Assembly (NCBI GenBank): GCA_036172245.1
Contig: JAYWIR010000042.1
Location: forward strand, 682,001-746,000
Direction of reading: 5' to 3'
Source: Raillietiella orientalis
Taxonomy: Eukaryota
DNA length: 64,000 nt
Under the pieces are notes generated by a model. That model worked only from the letters and a program-made list of their open reading frames with translations, ran no database searches and was not told where the DNA came from. Both the position numbers and the translations under genes were made by a program. Position 1 is the stretch's first letter. The number at the start of each line of letters is the position of its first letter. This document shows positions 14,584 through 28,210 of the stretch, one piece after another.

Positions 14584-17500
14584 GAAACGAGAATTCGAAA
14601 ACGAGAATCAGAACATCGCACTTGAAAAAAAAAAAAAAAAAAAAAAAGACATGCGCAGAATGTGCAAATCGAGGAAGTGCCGCAGAAAAGAAGCACGCGT
14701 GGATATCGCGGCTGATTTTTTCTAATGCAAGCAAATGAGTAAATCACACCAATATGCAGCGCTGTTTACCTCGAGCCGTTGACATTCCAAGGAATGGAAC
14801 ACATCTGAACTTGCCCAGCTACGCTGAATCATCCCTGTGGCATTTTTATCTGTGGTCGCAAAAATCTGGCGAAATGTTTTAAGTACTTCGTAGAACGCGG
14901 TCCTCGAAGAAGAGGGACGCAAGGCAGCATGCAAATAAAAAAAAAAAAACGAAAGCTGAATCCGCTTCAATGGAAAAAGAATATTTACGCATTCCGGAGA
15001 TGGAACCAATCGACTCAAGCCTTCCTAGTTTATGGTAAGCAGGGCTGCAGAAATTCCGGGAATGCATTTAGTCAAAGTAATTGCTGTTTCAAACGTGAAT
15101 GACATTCCAGTAGCACACTGGATACAGCATCTGCACGTGGAATTCAGAAGTTTCTCACACATATTTGCACCGGAGGTACGCGATAGTGCAAAGTACTGAA
15201 GGAAACCAAACTGTTTCTCCTCGCAGCAGCCTGCATTCGTCCTTTGGCTGCAGTCTCCGGAAGAGCTTCCTGGGCCAGAAATTCCAAACGCAGCAAGAAC
15301 TTTTCCGAGCGATGGAAAAGCCAGAAAGAAGAGAATAGGTAAAGAAAAAAAGCACCGGTGAGAGAGGGTCATCTGCTGAACCCAGAAAGAATGCCGCCCC
15401 AAGTTCGCGAAAGATCGGTGAGCATCACAGCTGCTTAAGATGACTGCTGAGGTCCGACACACACAACGTGATCCAAATGACCGGGCGGTTGCGTTATTGA
15501 GCAACCACAGAAAAAGATGGCTGTGCTGGATTATAGAAAGTGCCAAGTGTGTTTGGAATCCTTGCCGAAGCATGCTGGAAGTATGCAGCGTTCTCTCGAT
15601 TCTATTCTCTCCTAAAATAAATCAACTTGGCTTTTTCTATTCCGGCTTTGAAAACCAGCAAAACAGTGTCACTTTAAAGGACAAAGATAACTGAGTTTGA
15701 GTGCCGTCAAAGCTTCCTCACGTTTCTTAATGTTCCTTAATTCATCAGAGGGACCAGTCAGGTCCACAAAGCCTTCATCAGCAATTAATTGTTTTATAAT
15801 CAGGAAAACTCAACGTTTCATAAAGTTTTTTTTTGTTTTTATTTTTCCTGACAGTGCACGTTTCCTACTGTAGTGCATATTCATTATGTATTATATTAAC
15901 AGTATGCACATCAGCGTGCTAAGCATCTTGGCATATGCAGTTAAGCAGCCTATTCGATCTTTGATGAGATGTTTGTTCGGTATGGAAAGTTGCTGAAGGC
16001 TTCCTGACCAATGAACAACCGTGAACTGAAATATTTGGTTCACAAAGCAGTCTTGGAGGTCATCACAAAGCACACAAAGTGCGTACAAGTAGTCACAAAA
16101 GCTCATGAGCGCTGTGAGCGCAAAGGTAGGAACGTGTCAAAGTTTCATAGACTCCAGGATAAGTAGGCAATCGAAAACCTAATGCAAGAAAGGGTACATC
16201 ATGGCAGCTTAGAGAAGCGAAGAAAACCTGGAGCACAGAACTCTCTGAGGTTTGCTGTGGAAATATCCAAAACGAGGGTAGCCATTTCTCGACCTCCCAT
16301 GGAAACAGAAATATTCCTTTTTCATCAGGAAGACCGAAAGCAACGGAGGGAGATGTGAAGAATATGAAAAGGCAAGCGTCATCGGAGAATGAGCCCTTTC
16401 TATCGAATCGGCGGCGTTAGGAAATCAGAGCATTGGACCGGACTCAATGAGGAGCGCATTATGGTCTGAGGATCAAGATGCCTTTTCTAGAAGATACTTC
16501 TTGCTTTTGTGTGAAGTTGATGACATGCGAAATTCTTACTAATTTTCCGAAGAAAAAGTGCAGCAAGTGAATTTCTGGAAATCCCTTTTCCTGAATGACA
16601 TGAGGAAAACAAAGAAGACTATTAAGGTAGACTAAAGAAATGTGCCCGCTGCATCTGGAGCTCTAGTCAGAGTCCACTTTTTCCAGAGCCGAATTCTTCA
16701 TTGGAAGGGCTGCTTCGAATTCAGGCTGCAAAATGCATCCGCCACATTTCTGTTCTTGCACGACAGAAGGACAAAAAAGTGAAGAAAGGAAAACGCAAAT
16801 CTAATGAGATTCCAGGATACGCTTCGGTTACATAACAGCGCTATCTGTCCTTGAGATATCTCGTGATTTCTATAGACATGAAAATGAGGAACGAAAGATA
16901 TTCCACTCATTGCAATCTTGTAGATAATTCACAGTCATTTCTTTCCCGGTTTGCCGTTTGTTCTACCGGGAAACAGACTTCCTCGAGGCAATTCGTTGCG
17001 ATGCTCCATAGAGCAGAGTCCACTCAAAAATAGAGGAAGCCTTGCCCTGTGGGTCGGAGAGTCAGCTCCGCTTTCAGCTGCTCTCCATACGGATAGAATT
17101 CGCTTTGGTATTCTAAACTATAATCAGCGAGGATCGGAGCTGGTGTCTGCTCTTCAAGAAAACTGAACTGAAACTACAGCCACGAACAGTTGCTGCAAAG
17201 TTAAAGTCCAGAATTACTGGAATAGGAAAGCAAACAGAATCCCTAATTTCCTTCCACAGTTTCTTTCCACAGTAACTCCATAGTCCCCTGAAAATGTTTT
17301 TCCCAAAAGTATGAACTCTGGAGGGACATTTGGGCTCATAGCGAAACTACGGAACTTTCAGGGACTTTTCCCTTCAGGTAGCGTTGACCGTGTCCGTTTT
17401 CGGGGTTGACTTCATCCAGTTTGCACAGGGGAAAAAAAATCTGCAGAAATCTGAGATCACTGACGAGTCCAATTGATCATCACTGACGCCGCCGGTGTTT

Positions 17501-17849
17501 TCCCCATTAGTTGCATTTGAATGAACCCAGCGCATAGGATAGGTTGAATTTGGTGATTGCCTTACAAAAACTCCATTGTACATGAATTGAAGCATCTCTT
17601 CTGAAAATCGAGGGAAAAGTTGGATAGAGAGCTATTCGAGCTCTACCTACATATTCCAAGATCATTCACTGAGATGGGGAAAGTATTTTTTCGGTGAACG
17701 ATTACCGTGTTCCAATTCTTCATTTGCACCCATTCCTTTAATTGTGAACAAGGCAGTGGTGCTCATGTCGACGCCTGAAAACTCTGGTTCTGTTTCTAGA
17801 TTGCTGTTGGAACCTCGAATTTTTTATGCTCTTTGGACTGCTTTTTCTC

Positions 17850-18135
17850 ACACTCGTAGCACGGTTGATCAGGGATCTCAGAACCCGCAGAGCCTCGTCA
17901 AGATCGCGTAGATGAGTTGCAAAAGAGCCAACAGAGGAAGCCTCTTTGTCCGATGCCACCTTTCTCTTATTGGGCAGTTCAGTTCTTGCCTTCGTTCCAT
18001 GTGGGAGAGCACCATCAATTCCTCACATGTCCAGATCAGCTTCAGATGCACTCCCTCATCCATCAAAGTGCAGGGATAGTGGAAACCCTTGCTGTCTGAA
18101 AATTCCTAATGACGCAACTGCCATTATTTTGATCG
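17850..18135 (-). mobile_element. Decayed LTR-retrotransposon integrase core fragment
   Basis: LGIFRQQGFPLSLHFDG resembles IFxxxGxPxxxxSDxG, and LDEALRVLRSLINRAT resembles LxxALxAxRxxxNxxT. In-frame stops are present. Confidence 0.4.
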
Positions 18136-19119
18136 TGATCTCTGCAACCATGTCCAAGTGCAATGAGGCCTCCGCCATCTTGCACGTCTGGACGTGGAAT
18201 GCATGTCAGCATGTGGCTGAAAGTCCATGATGCCTCCTATAAACTGTAATGGAATCCTTCCATCGGTGCAGAACCGCAACGACGGCGAAGAGTTGCACTC
18301 GGAGTGCTTTCAGCTGCTGCAAAGTCCAAATCGACTTGCAGGAGTAGGAGAAGAAAAGGGAAACACGAAAAGATGCAGCGAGAGTGCGCGACCTTCCATT
18401 CGACCTCCATTGGAAAGCATTCTTCTGAAAACATCGTCGCCTTGCAAAAAGGAGAACCTTCGACGGGTCGATCGAGGAGATTTGAAAAATTTTACCATCT
18501 TACCAAGCAAGCAGACACGTTTCCCGAGGACAGCTGTTTCGAACTACTCATCTGCACGGACATGTCCGTTTCCAACTCTCCCGGGAAACTACGTACAGTC
18601 TGAAGGGAAAAAAAAATCCGGAAATTCCCGGCAGACGCACATCTAAGAGAATAGATGCCCGGAAACGCCGCCGGTGAGTTCGCACGGAGAACAAACTTCC
18701 TTTAAGCCTTTGGTCTCAGGCATTCTCTGGACGCAAGCTTGATAGCTTTTCAGGATGAAGAAGCGACAGTGACCGTAACCCGGAGCAGATGAGAGGATCG
18801 TTCACATCGGTTCTTGAATCATTTAATCAGGTGTGGCATGGAAGTTCCTAAACGATTAATGCCCTGATCATAGAGAGAGAGATGACCTCTCTGCTCCGTC
18901 GGACTGCACCAGATCTTCAGACATCCTCCCACTGGGGGATACGTTCTCCTTAGTAGGAAAATGGATGAAGGATACGCTCTGAAGACTATACCAGTTCATC
19001 TACACCGCAAGTCTTTTATCTCTTGTCGCTCTGACCACCTGAGGGGAAACGGGAAGGAGGTTCATTTTACCATCGGCGCCAGAAATGGGATGAGAGGCTG
19101 ACACGCAATTCACATCAGT

Positions 19120-19680
19120 GCGTGCATCTCTTCAGCAGAAGACACAGCTCCTCGATCGAATGCAATCGAATGCTCGAATGCTCCTCATGGAGGGCTGGAG
19201 GTCCAATCAAGGGATTCCCGGTGTGGATTCGTCGTTTCTACCTGGACTCGTCCTGAGGGAAGGGAACCTATTCCTAATTCCCGACACATGCTGCTCACGA
19301 GGAAGCGGCGGCATTCAAGAAATCGCATGAAAGTCGTATCCGTGCTCGTGCTATGTAAATGATCTTCTGCGGGGTGCAACTAACGACTAGGGGATTCTCC
19401 ACCACCTTCACTGTTCGTCTCTCTTCCTCGATCGGAGGAACATTGACATCAGGAACTTCCTCCCTTCCCACTGCCAGGAACCACTTTCCCAAACGACGGT
19501 GCTCTGAGAAAGCTGGAGCTCCAAGAACGGCCGCGGAGCAGTTCGCCAAACATATGGAGCCATCGAACTTTCTACAGAGTACAGAAACACGCCAGTGCAC
19601 GAACTGGGTGGTCCTCACCAGATGACTTAGCACGGAACCTGCACATTGGAGTCGTCATAAGAACTGCAAACTTTAGTCGC
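19120..19680 (+). mobile_element. Decayed Ty3/gypsy pol fragment (integrase region)
   Basis: Frameshifted motifs in order: MEGWRS (xGWP), GLVLREGNLFLIP (GLxLxGxRxxIP), RIRARA, NIDIRNF..QEPL..W, KNG and EYRNTPVHELGGP (EYRNTPxxxLGxSP). Confidence 0.55.
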
Positions 19681-22600
19681 TAGAGACACCGAACCTCGAA
19701 CATCCGTGGTCTAACAGGGAAACATCACGTAGCGGGCTGTAAGGATGAGGACGCGAACCACGAAGCTGAACTCGTAGAACGGAATCTTCGCCTAAGCCAA
19801 ATACAGCTTACTCTTGAGCGCCTTTCAAGGGCCAGTCCTTGATCAAGGAGGACGTACCCGGACAAGTCAAAAAGTAACGACGGAACCTGTCGAAAATTGA
19901 TCTCTTACATTTCTTCATGTAACCGCAAGCCTTCAGATAGGTTTTTTTTTTTCATTTTGAGCGTTTGTGCGTGGATAATCTTTCCACAACTGGTCCAAGC
20001 TTAGCATGGTCTACAAAAGAACGTAAGGTTCTTGAAGATATTCACTGGGAGGGGATCCGAGAATGCGCATGCTCATTCAGCATTATGTATATAAAGTATA
20101 AGTTTCACCGAAACTTCTGATTTCAGACTCAATACTGGCAAAAGGTGATTTTAAGGCTACTGACGATGAGAACGATCTTGCCTGTGGATGTTCATGCATC
20201 AGAGTCGAAACATTTCCTGAAAACAACTTGCTTAAACTCATCCGACAGTTGCCGTTGTTCCTTGCCCCCCCCCTGTCCACCCCTCTCCCACACACAAAAA
20301 ACTGAAAACTGGAGCCAGAAAATCACGTTCATGTTGCCATTGGTGCCCGAACCATCGTCATTTATGGCTTGCCGTGGAGCTTCCTTTCATAGGCGAACCA
20401 TGACAACCCCTCCGGCCGTAGAATTGCAAAACAGAGGTGCATATTTGTGGGAGTGCTGAAGGTTCATTTCTAATGGTTGGTTTTTCAATAAAATCGACAA
20501 GGAAGCGTAGGCATAATCCCAATATTCCTGAAAATGACTTGCAAATGGGAGTTTCAGTTTTGATGCCTGCAAACCCCCTGAAAAAGGACCTTTTATCTTC
20601 CAGTAGCTATTTTTAAACACATCCAAGGCAATCTTCTTGTTATTGCATCCATCTTCTATCTTATTCCTATCTCCGATCTTCTTCCGGCGTGGGTGTGAAT
20701 GGATGAGACTGGGAATGACTGAATAGGTAGGCAGGAAACACTTCTGGTGTTTTCCAAGTACAAAGGTTTATTATGAAGCCTTTATCGTGAAGTCAACCGG
20801 TGCATACAATTGGTGATGTCACTAGGACAAATACGGAACTGGAGAAGATGGTTTTTTTTTATCGTTTTTCGGCAGTGCGGATTCTCGAGAATCTCTGATT
20901 GATCTCCTGAATTCACGTTGGATTTTTTCAGATCTGTGTACGACCACATGATTTCCTGCTCATCTTCGTAGTTACCTCTTTTAAGGACATTGGTCGAAAC
21001 ATTCCTGAGCGGAAAAAGGCAGCCTGCTCGTCTTCCTCAGGTCTCAACTTTAGATTTACATGGCATTTTCATCAGCCTCTTCGCATCTTCTTCAGGGATG
21101 CAACCTCCTATGCTTGTTTATCTATGTGAGTCCGAGGGAGGAGGCAGAAACATGGAGAGTTTTTTCTGTTTTGCTTTGGAATTTCCATTAGAATTTTTAG
21201 CAGATGTCCAGCAGAACATTCCACACTTTTAAAAACTGCGGAATTTTCTCCCAAACACATCATTGGTGGAGTTTTTCCTTTCACAACTACAGAGCTCCCA
21301 GAAGTCAGTCAAGGTGAGTGCCGCTGGCGTTTCCTCGAGAAAAAGTGTTGCTTAAAATACATCGCTATATGATAGAAGAACTTGCATCCTCGATCTGAAA
21401 AATACCAATAGCGACAGTTACGAAGTGGGGCCATCACCGGCAAAGCCATAGTGACGGGAAGACGCCTTGGAGCGAGTCCCCCACAAAAAAACAGAGTCCA
21501 GGCGACGATTCGAATTTCCGGATTATTTGGACTCCTTTACCGATTCGAGGTGATCCCGAAATGGTGGAACTCGGGCCAGCTGAATTTAGAAGGCAGGCGG
21601 AAATTTGGGCGACTGGAGCAAGGCAATGTTATAACGTGATCCCTTAGTCCACCAGAGGTGAGACTGGTTTCGTCTTCAGTAGTCGGCAGCCGACAAGTGC
21701 ATCATTATCTTGCTACTCCATTGCAAGCGACAACGCAAATGGAAGACATTTCTTTGATGCGACACTTGCTAAGGTTTCTAAAAGTGATCCGGATCTCAAG
21801 GATGGTGTATCCACGATAAGGCTGATGGACCAGCAAGCATTGGCCATTTTTTTCGATTGCTCCTACGGAAATCGCAAAGTACAATTGACTCTTGAAAGAA
21901 AATCCATCAGGATAACTGAAAGTGAGAAGGAGATGCAAATTAGAAAAAAAAAAGTATGTACTCCAATCTCATTTGCGTTTCAGCTGATATAATTAAAACC
22001 GAGAAGGCCGAGAAGGCACTTTCGAAACGGCATGAAAAAAAATAATACATTTCCCGAAAGGGTGGTGTTCGACGAGTCACCACCGAAGCGAATGGCAATT
22101 CTTCAGTTCCTCTTCTTCAGCGAAAAATTCACACCTGGAGGCGGATTCGAGGTCCCTTCCGTTTTGGCTCCGTGGTGATGCTCAACGCAGAAGAGAATCC
22201 TCGAATGGAAAACAACGATCTCGCGAAGTCTTGCAGCTTGACGGACCACGCTACGATCTTTGGCAAAGAAAAACTATCAGTTTATCTGTGCATCGATGTA
22301 TGCATGGAAGACATGAATTCTCATTCCGGCAACTTCTAGAACGACGTTTGCGCAAATGCTACATGAACTTCCAACGATGAATCATTTGTCCAGCAAGGGA
22401 CAATGCGGAAGACAACTGCACAACTCCTGCTCTGCAATTGCGTCCCCATAAAAAACATAGAATGCTGATTGAAATTCTTTTTGAAAAGAAATTGCGCGCA
22501 TTCTGAAATGGACTTCGAGCTTTCACATCCGTCCCAGCATTTCAGTGACCTCGTCGCGTTGTGTCATATAATTAGTGTTTGTGTACGCAAAACCTTCTAT

Positions 22601-25600
22601 AACAATATCAGTGTTCTTCGCGCTCCATCTTGGGTAGAGGTTTCCAAGTCGCGGGTTTATGAAATGCCTGACAAATTGTCGTACTCCGTTTCCATGATGA
22701 CCCATCAGTGAGAACAGGTCTTTGTTTTGGTTCTTGTCGGGATCAGCTGTGCGTTTGCAGGGCACAACCGGGAATCTGTTTGTTTGCGAAACAACCTGAA
22801 GAACTTTCTCTCCTCACGCAGCGAATCAACAGCAGCATCTGAGGAGCAGACTCGACAAGTGGAAGCTCCTCTCTCTCGTGCATTTCTCGGTTGCTCCCCC
22901 TTAGGCATTCTTCGAATGCGAAGCAAAAGGATTCTCTTGAAACGAAAAGGGAAGTCTTTTACACGGTCATTCAATAACCAGAATGTGAGGAAGCACACTG
23001 CAGTACCAGAAGTCTCTAAAGATCTTAAATGGTCTCACAGCATGAGATGAAGATTGAGAGATGTGACTGGAAGAGGGCCTAGAATAAATCAATCAGTGGG
23101 AAAGCAGGAGAACTACTCTGGGTAATCAGCGCAGATTGAGATGCAAGAAAAACGAAGACCAGCGAAGACACCTGGAGGAATTTTCGAATTGAGAGACAGT
23201 TGCTTTGTGACACGGTATCAGACTTGAATCTTAGACCTTGTGTAAGTGCTCTAATTCAGAAAAGAATCAGCTTTCCTCCTAGGAAGAAGCTTAAGCATTC
23301 TTGTCAAAGCACTTGCAAAGGAAAACGCCATGACTGTGATGACATCAGGTTCGAAAAATGACACTCAGTGCTTAGGCTCTAAGGAAACCTTATGGAGTTT
23401 GCAGGATTGAAAACATCCCTCAGCTGGCTCCCAGCGTTCAAGCTTCAGAAACTTGGGTATGTTTCCTCACTACGTTTGCCACCGCCGCCCTCCAGGTATC
23501 CAGTGCTAATCTGCCCAACCCATCATGCTTTGATCAACACAGGAAAGAATTGGAAAAAGGATGACGCGGAGATTGTGGTCAAAAGAATGAAAGCTGGAAC
23601 CATCGAAGAGGAGACCGCTTGACTGATTGGTGATTTATGCATCGTGCAACCATGCAGTTGCAATGGTTGTTCAAAAAGTGCATACAAGACGAGTACGAAA
23701 GCATTCTTTCACTTGCCTTGGATGGAACGTGTCCAACGAATCCACTCAAATCAACTTTAAAATCGCACTGGAGGCACAAAAGTTTGGATTCTTCTGATTT
23801 CCCTGGAGCGAGGCCGAAATCAACAAGGATTGTTTCCGGGATGGGAGACTTTCGATCCTCGGGAAGTCAGGATCTCAGCATCCAACGCAGCGGTGGAATA
23901 GGGAGTGTTTTCCGATAAGAGCTCGTGTGCTGGCCACAAATGCACCATTGCAAACCTTGAAGATTTTCCAGAGAGGAGAAATTATTGACAACTCTTGGTA
24001 GCCCTTGCGAATGCCTCCAGGGCTGGCCGTGCCTCTCATTCGCCAGCGTGGGAGAATTCCTAATGCCCCATGCTGTCCATTTCCAGAACGGAAGTATCCA
24101 GGACTAGATAGCAGCCATGGGTCGGCGCGTCCCGAAGGAAGTCAAAGGCTTTGTTATGGGAAGGAATTTTTTTCAGTGACAACACGTAAACTGATGAATT
24201 TATCCGTAACTTTATGAAAGGAGGCGGTGCTTCTGCCTTCCTCAATAAGCAAAGCAGAGGATGGCACTGGGAAAAAGTAGAATACAATTTCCCTGTGTTG
24301 CTTCTCGTCAGGTTGGCTAATGAACCTGGATCTTCAAAATCCGGGTCTCCTCGTGAGAGCGAAAGGAATCCGGGAAATTCCATGAACACGACTAGTGGAG
24401 ATTTTCCGGAGAGTTTGATGCGATCGATCGCCCAAAATTCAATCTCAGATGTCATTAAGAAGTTAATTTTCTGTTCTTTGTACGCTGTTTCTTCCTGAAG
24501 AGCTTCTGTGCTCGACTTTTGTTTTTCCGACTTTCTCAAACATTTGGGGATCCAATTAAACCAGATTGCGAGTTGGACACCCTCTTCAATCCGAGAAAAA
24601 TGAGGATTCTTAAAACTCAATAGGAGTTCTTTCTTTCATCATGAGTACGCGGCATTCTTTCGGCCCTGGACTCAACCACGAATGGCAGGGTTGCACTTCC
24701 TCAGTTATCTGGGATGAATTGATCTGCGCGCTTCCACATAGTTCAAATTCATTAAGTCCTAACTGCTCTGCATCTGTCATACCAGATATTGCTGAAAGAG
24801 TTCAGAAACATCCCCCTTTGTTTTTCCCTCTTCCTTATTCATCCCACACGCTTTCAGTTTTGCTTCTTATTGGCTTTTCATGGCATGAAACTTGCTGTGC
24901 ATGTATAGAAGATCTTGAGTGGACCGCTTGGGAAGGATCAGAGTGCAGACACCTGCTTCAGATGACTGGCTTCTTCCCTTCAGTCTCTCACTTTGAAAGA
25001 GGATTCTTTTTCCCCTTTTTTTTTTTCTTCCCTCGGCAGTCTTTCGCGTTCATTTGTACCAAAGAGAAAAATTTCGTCATTTTCCATAAATCTCCCTCGA
25101 ACTCAACGTGAGCATTTCTCGACATTGTATTGAAACAAAAAACCAACATACAAGCGTACACGCACCACCATTGAAATGAATTTCAAGATCAGTGATCTCA
25201 GAGAGATCAAACTGAGAGTCACTGTTTCCCGTGTTTCCCTGCCAACAGGCTGCCGCGGGAAACGTTTTCGCCATGAGTAAACACGGGATGAGTGGGTTAT
25301 AGACGGTTCGTATGTGACTCATCCATTATCTGATCATTTTTAGCTCCCAGACAAACAGCCTGTGTGCATACCCAATAACAGGCATTTTTTTTTCCAAATG
25401 AACCTTCACTGTCGAGGTTGCTTCTCTCCAATGCACTACCAATTGGGGTTTTCATCTCATCGCTGGAACACCTGAGTCCTCTGTCGTCCTGAACAATGAC
25501 TGTGAGCTCTAAAACCTCAGTTCAATCCACTACTGACCATCTTCCATTAACTATTCGGGGGGATAAAAGTCGTTTTGGTTTTTCACTTTATGATTCATCA

Positions 25601-27224
25601 TTCTTTTGAGGGTGACTTGCTGCAGAAAGTTCTCGGAGGTTGCTCAAGTTTCAAGGTGCTCTTCAACTCTTTGACTTCTCGCTGGACTTCTCGAGAGCGC
25701 GTTGCAGGGTTAAGGCTTCCAAAGCAGGAGATCACGAAACTGAGGCTGCAACTTGAAAACTATGTTGAATGATGTTCCCACATTGAAGTGAAAACTGATA
25801 TTTACACACACACTCTGATATTGAAAAAATGCAATCGGTTGCAACAGACTTTTACCATCTCCTTGGCAGAGAGGTGAAAAAATGGTGTTGTGTGGTTACG
25901 TTAGTTCAAGAGGAAGTTAGAACTTTGTGAGTACGGATGAAAGGACCATACAGTCCTCTTAGTTAATTTCATCCTTTCCCGCCTTTCATCCGACGAAAGC
26001 CGTGAAGAGGCATAGACACACAAATCTTCTTTCTTTGTAAATACGTTTATATATACATTCAGTGTCTTCCATCTCAGTTCTTCCTCTGTTTCTTTCTCTT
26101 CTCAAAACCAAAAGCACGAGAAAGGTCCATTTGCAATTCATAGGCTCATACACTGCATTCACAAATCTTTGTTTATTACTATTCATAAACATTTCGGCAA
26201 ATTCATACTAAGAATCCGTTCACCTTATTCCCGAGTAAAGCCCTTTTTATTTCCACTTTGGGAAAAAAGGTTGGTCTTCTGACGCATTTGTCTGTCTCCT
26301 TGTGAACAGCCCACCCTCTACCCGTAACTGCTTGCCATGCAGATTCCTTTCAGGTGTCACAATCACTGACGTAAACCGAACGCGATCTCGACCTCCTATG
26401 ACCCCGGTCGATAGCAAAGTGAGAGACTTAGTGCATGTTTCCTGCTTTTACGCTCAGGATGATACCTTCTGCTACTATGGAATTTTTTCCAGAGCCACAC
26501 GAACAAGCTCTGGAAACAGGATGTTTCACTGCACAGCGCTTTGGATTCCGGAAATCCTCTAAACCTCAGCTCTCTTGATTGAACTTTCCTTTCAGCAGCG
26601 AGCATTCGAGGTCAGAATCCGCTTCTTCCTTCTGTGCTTTCCCTTTCTCATTTCCTGCCTTCTTTTGAGGCAATTTTCATTCCACCTCCGAAGATCACTT
26701 TCTTCAGAAGCTTAGTGTCTTAAGGAAACCGCATGCTGAAAATAGGAATTACTGCTTGAAAGAAGGATGGGAAGACTTGGACCAACGATAACAGCCTGTG
26801 GTCTTGTTTTTGTTTTTCTTGTTTGGCTTTTTCTTCCCGATTTCCTATCTCACGCGTACTCCACAACACAATCACGGAAATCAGCAGCATGGTGGTTGAT
26901 CGGGAGCGAGATCAGGAGCACAAGAAGATCCTTTGCATTCAAACGCGAACCCAATTAAATGATCCATTCATGTTTCTTCGTCTGCCGTTATAAGTGACAG
27001 CAAGCAGCTTTCGCGCTCCCCACTTCATGAGCAGCATCAGGGGAAATACAGAGGGAAGAGACACGTTAGGGGTTTCAACCACTTGATTTCATGGCCTATC
27101 GGCTTGAATTTTTAATCGTCCTCTTTAAGAAGGAGTGGCTGAAACTGAGGGTCAAGGAGGAATGGGCCTACAGAAGGGAACCCACGGATGAGGTTGCATT
27201 GAGGTGATGTAAGTCCATAGCTGG

Positions 27225-28210
27225 ATGGTAATGGGGGTCAATGCAATACGAGAATTCAATGTGACAACATGCACATGCAGGAATCCGATAAAATGGAATG
27301 CCTTGCGATGCTCCTTTGGGAGATCAGCTCGGAAGTTCAATGGTCATAAGAAGATAGCAAGAAGTCTTCGGGATGAAGGGGAAAAAAATCCTGAACGGGA
27401 TCTAGAAAAACAGATGTACTCTAAAACAAGGCAGATAGTTCCCCCCAGATTCGGCACTCCTTTACTTCTTTTAGCGAGAGTTTCATGCTATTCGAAGGTT
27501 TCGGCTCTTCGTTCTAACACCCTCAAGAAAGAGACTTGGGTTCATCCACAAGAACACACGTGTGATTCAGGTGGTTCAGGAGACGGTTCTCTCATTCTGC
27601 CGTCTGCTATACAGTGGAATTCACAGACTGCAGGAAGCCACATGATCCCAAATCTTCCATACCTAATGGATGATCTCCAGTTCTTGCAAAAAATAACCTG
27701 GACTTTTACTGGAATTCTAGGTAATTGCAATAATTGCCAAAAGAAAACCAGAAAGAAACACAAAGTTTGGCTCATATGTTTGTTTTTCGGGATGTTTGTG
27801 GATGTGCAGGATGAATTCAAGGATTTATGCTTACACCACTTCGGGTCATCATGTTCCCTCTCAGAACATCGAGTTCAATCTTTCATTAGCCACTTTGAGC
27901 ACTTAGAAATCAAGGACAGTAGGAGCCAAGAAACTGTGGTGCAATATAACGCCAAGGGCCTACCCTTGGCGTTATATAGCAAAAGCAGCAGCAATCTGAC
28001 GAGGAAGGATGCCATGCTGGACTAAGGTATATATTTCCCAAGATCTTACCCCCACATAGTGCTCGTCTTGCTCGTCGTTCCCTCTTGCACAGTTGAACTG
28101 TTACTCGAGTGCGATCGAGGGTCACTCGAAAACCACAGGGCATTTAGAACCGAAAGTGGTAGCCTCAGCTGCAACACAGAATGCTGCGTCTGTCCACAAA
28201 AACATGTCGC
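27225..28210 (+). mobile_element. Decayed hAT transposase, C-terminal half (ZBED1/4-like)
   Basis: RQIVPPRFGTPLLLLARV resembles the hAT xxVxTRWxSxxxMLxR motif. Frameshifted YPHI/ARLARRSL, SSAIE..TGHL and VHKNM resemble the hAT dimerisation domain (YPxLARLARxxL..SSxxER..FLHxN). Motif recognition by eye only. Confidence 0.55.

Noticed and set aside
26767..26958. Signal-peptide-like ORF MGRLGPTITACGLVFVFLVWLFLP
   Set aside because: No plausible phase-1 donor, and the hydrophobicity comes from a T-rich tract.
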